A DNA stretch of 58,758 bases from Solirubrobacterales bacterium (GTDB lineage Bacteria; Actinomycetota; Thermoleophilia; Solirubrobacterales; JACPNS01). This document shows positions 58,536 to 58,758 of this stretch, piece after piece. Under the pieces are notes generated by a model. It was given only the letters and a program-made list of their open reading frames with translations, did not search any database and had not been told where the DNA came from. The DNA is taken from positions 1-58,758 of the forward strand of contig JBMYXO010000003.1 of the NCBI GenBank assembly GCA_049608465.1, given 5' to 3'. Each line of letters opens with the position of its first letter. Position 1 is the stretch's first letter. Position numbers and translations under genes: made by a program.

Positions 58536-58718
58536 CTAGGTGCGCGGGGCGTTGGTGCGGGCGAGGATGGCTCCGCCGACTACCGCTGCAACCGCTACTA
58601 CGCCGACCACGGCGAAGAAGTTCCTGCGGCTGCGCGTCGGCGTGATCGCCCGCTTGACCTTGCGCGTTCCGACGGCCCAGGTGACGCGGCCCAATGTTTC
58701 ATAGAAAAAGCTGGCCAT
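58536..58718 (-). CDS. Small single-pass membrane protein, function unknown
   Basis: 60 aa with a basic segment followed by the TM helix FFAVVGVVAVAAVVGGAIL. Confidence 0.4.
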   Translation of the reverse strand: MASFFYETLGRVTWAVGTRKVKRAITPTRSRRNFFAVVGVVAVAAVVGGAILARTNAPRT

Positions 58719-58735
58719 GTCTGGGACCTTAACGG

Positions 58736-58758
58736 AAAAGGCCCGCCGATGAGGCGGG
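58736..58758 (-). terminator. Intrinsic terminator of a minus-strand gene beyond the right edge of the window (truncated by the edge)
   Basis: Minus strand reads CCCGCC-UCAUC-GGCGGG followed by CCUUUUCC. Confidence 0.5.

Overview
High-GC, Actinomycetota-like chromosomal core segment. Sampled core-gene lines run about 65-70% GC, and almost every gene is on the minus strand. The window opens inside a 16S rRNA gene (5' ~525 nt, minus strand) that lies downstream of tyrS and a clean intrinsic terminator. Most of the rest is a branched-chain amino-acid supercluster: cimA, ilvE, leuB, leuD, leuC, leuA, serA, ilvC, ilvN and ilvB. Other modules interrupt it: a menaquinone block (menB-menA-menC, menH, menD, menF), a DrrAB-like ABC exporter plus an MFS pump, and gatCAB. 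Further along come folD, pcrA, an Rrf2-cysK-(ThiF-like)-cysE cysteine module, an HDOD-LuxR regulator, gltX, nfo and dnaE. I found no CRISPR array, tRNA, transposase or integrase. The points most worth a second look are these. (1) An unannotated Leu-rich leader peptide upstream of leuA has a Leu-codon run complementary to the leuA ribosome-binding site. (2) A more AT-rich insert in the leu cluster carries two tandem paralogous six-repeat exported proteins plus the stump of a third copy. Next to it is an XRE-cupin regulator with a perfect palindrome at its own start. (3) A ~1.06 kb insert at the serA 3' end is flanked by 18-bp direct repeats that duplicate the last serA codons, and carries a cytoplasmic trypsin-like protease. 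(4) A family of 29-nt perfect palindromes with conserved geometry but covarying sequence sits upstream of ilvB and dnaE. (5) A degenerate ThiF/MoeB-like protein is translationally coupled to cysK. All calls come from reading the sequence and ORF translations and from remembered family motifs. No searches or folding calculations were run.
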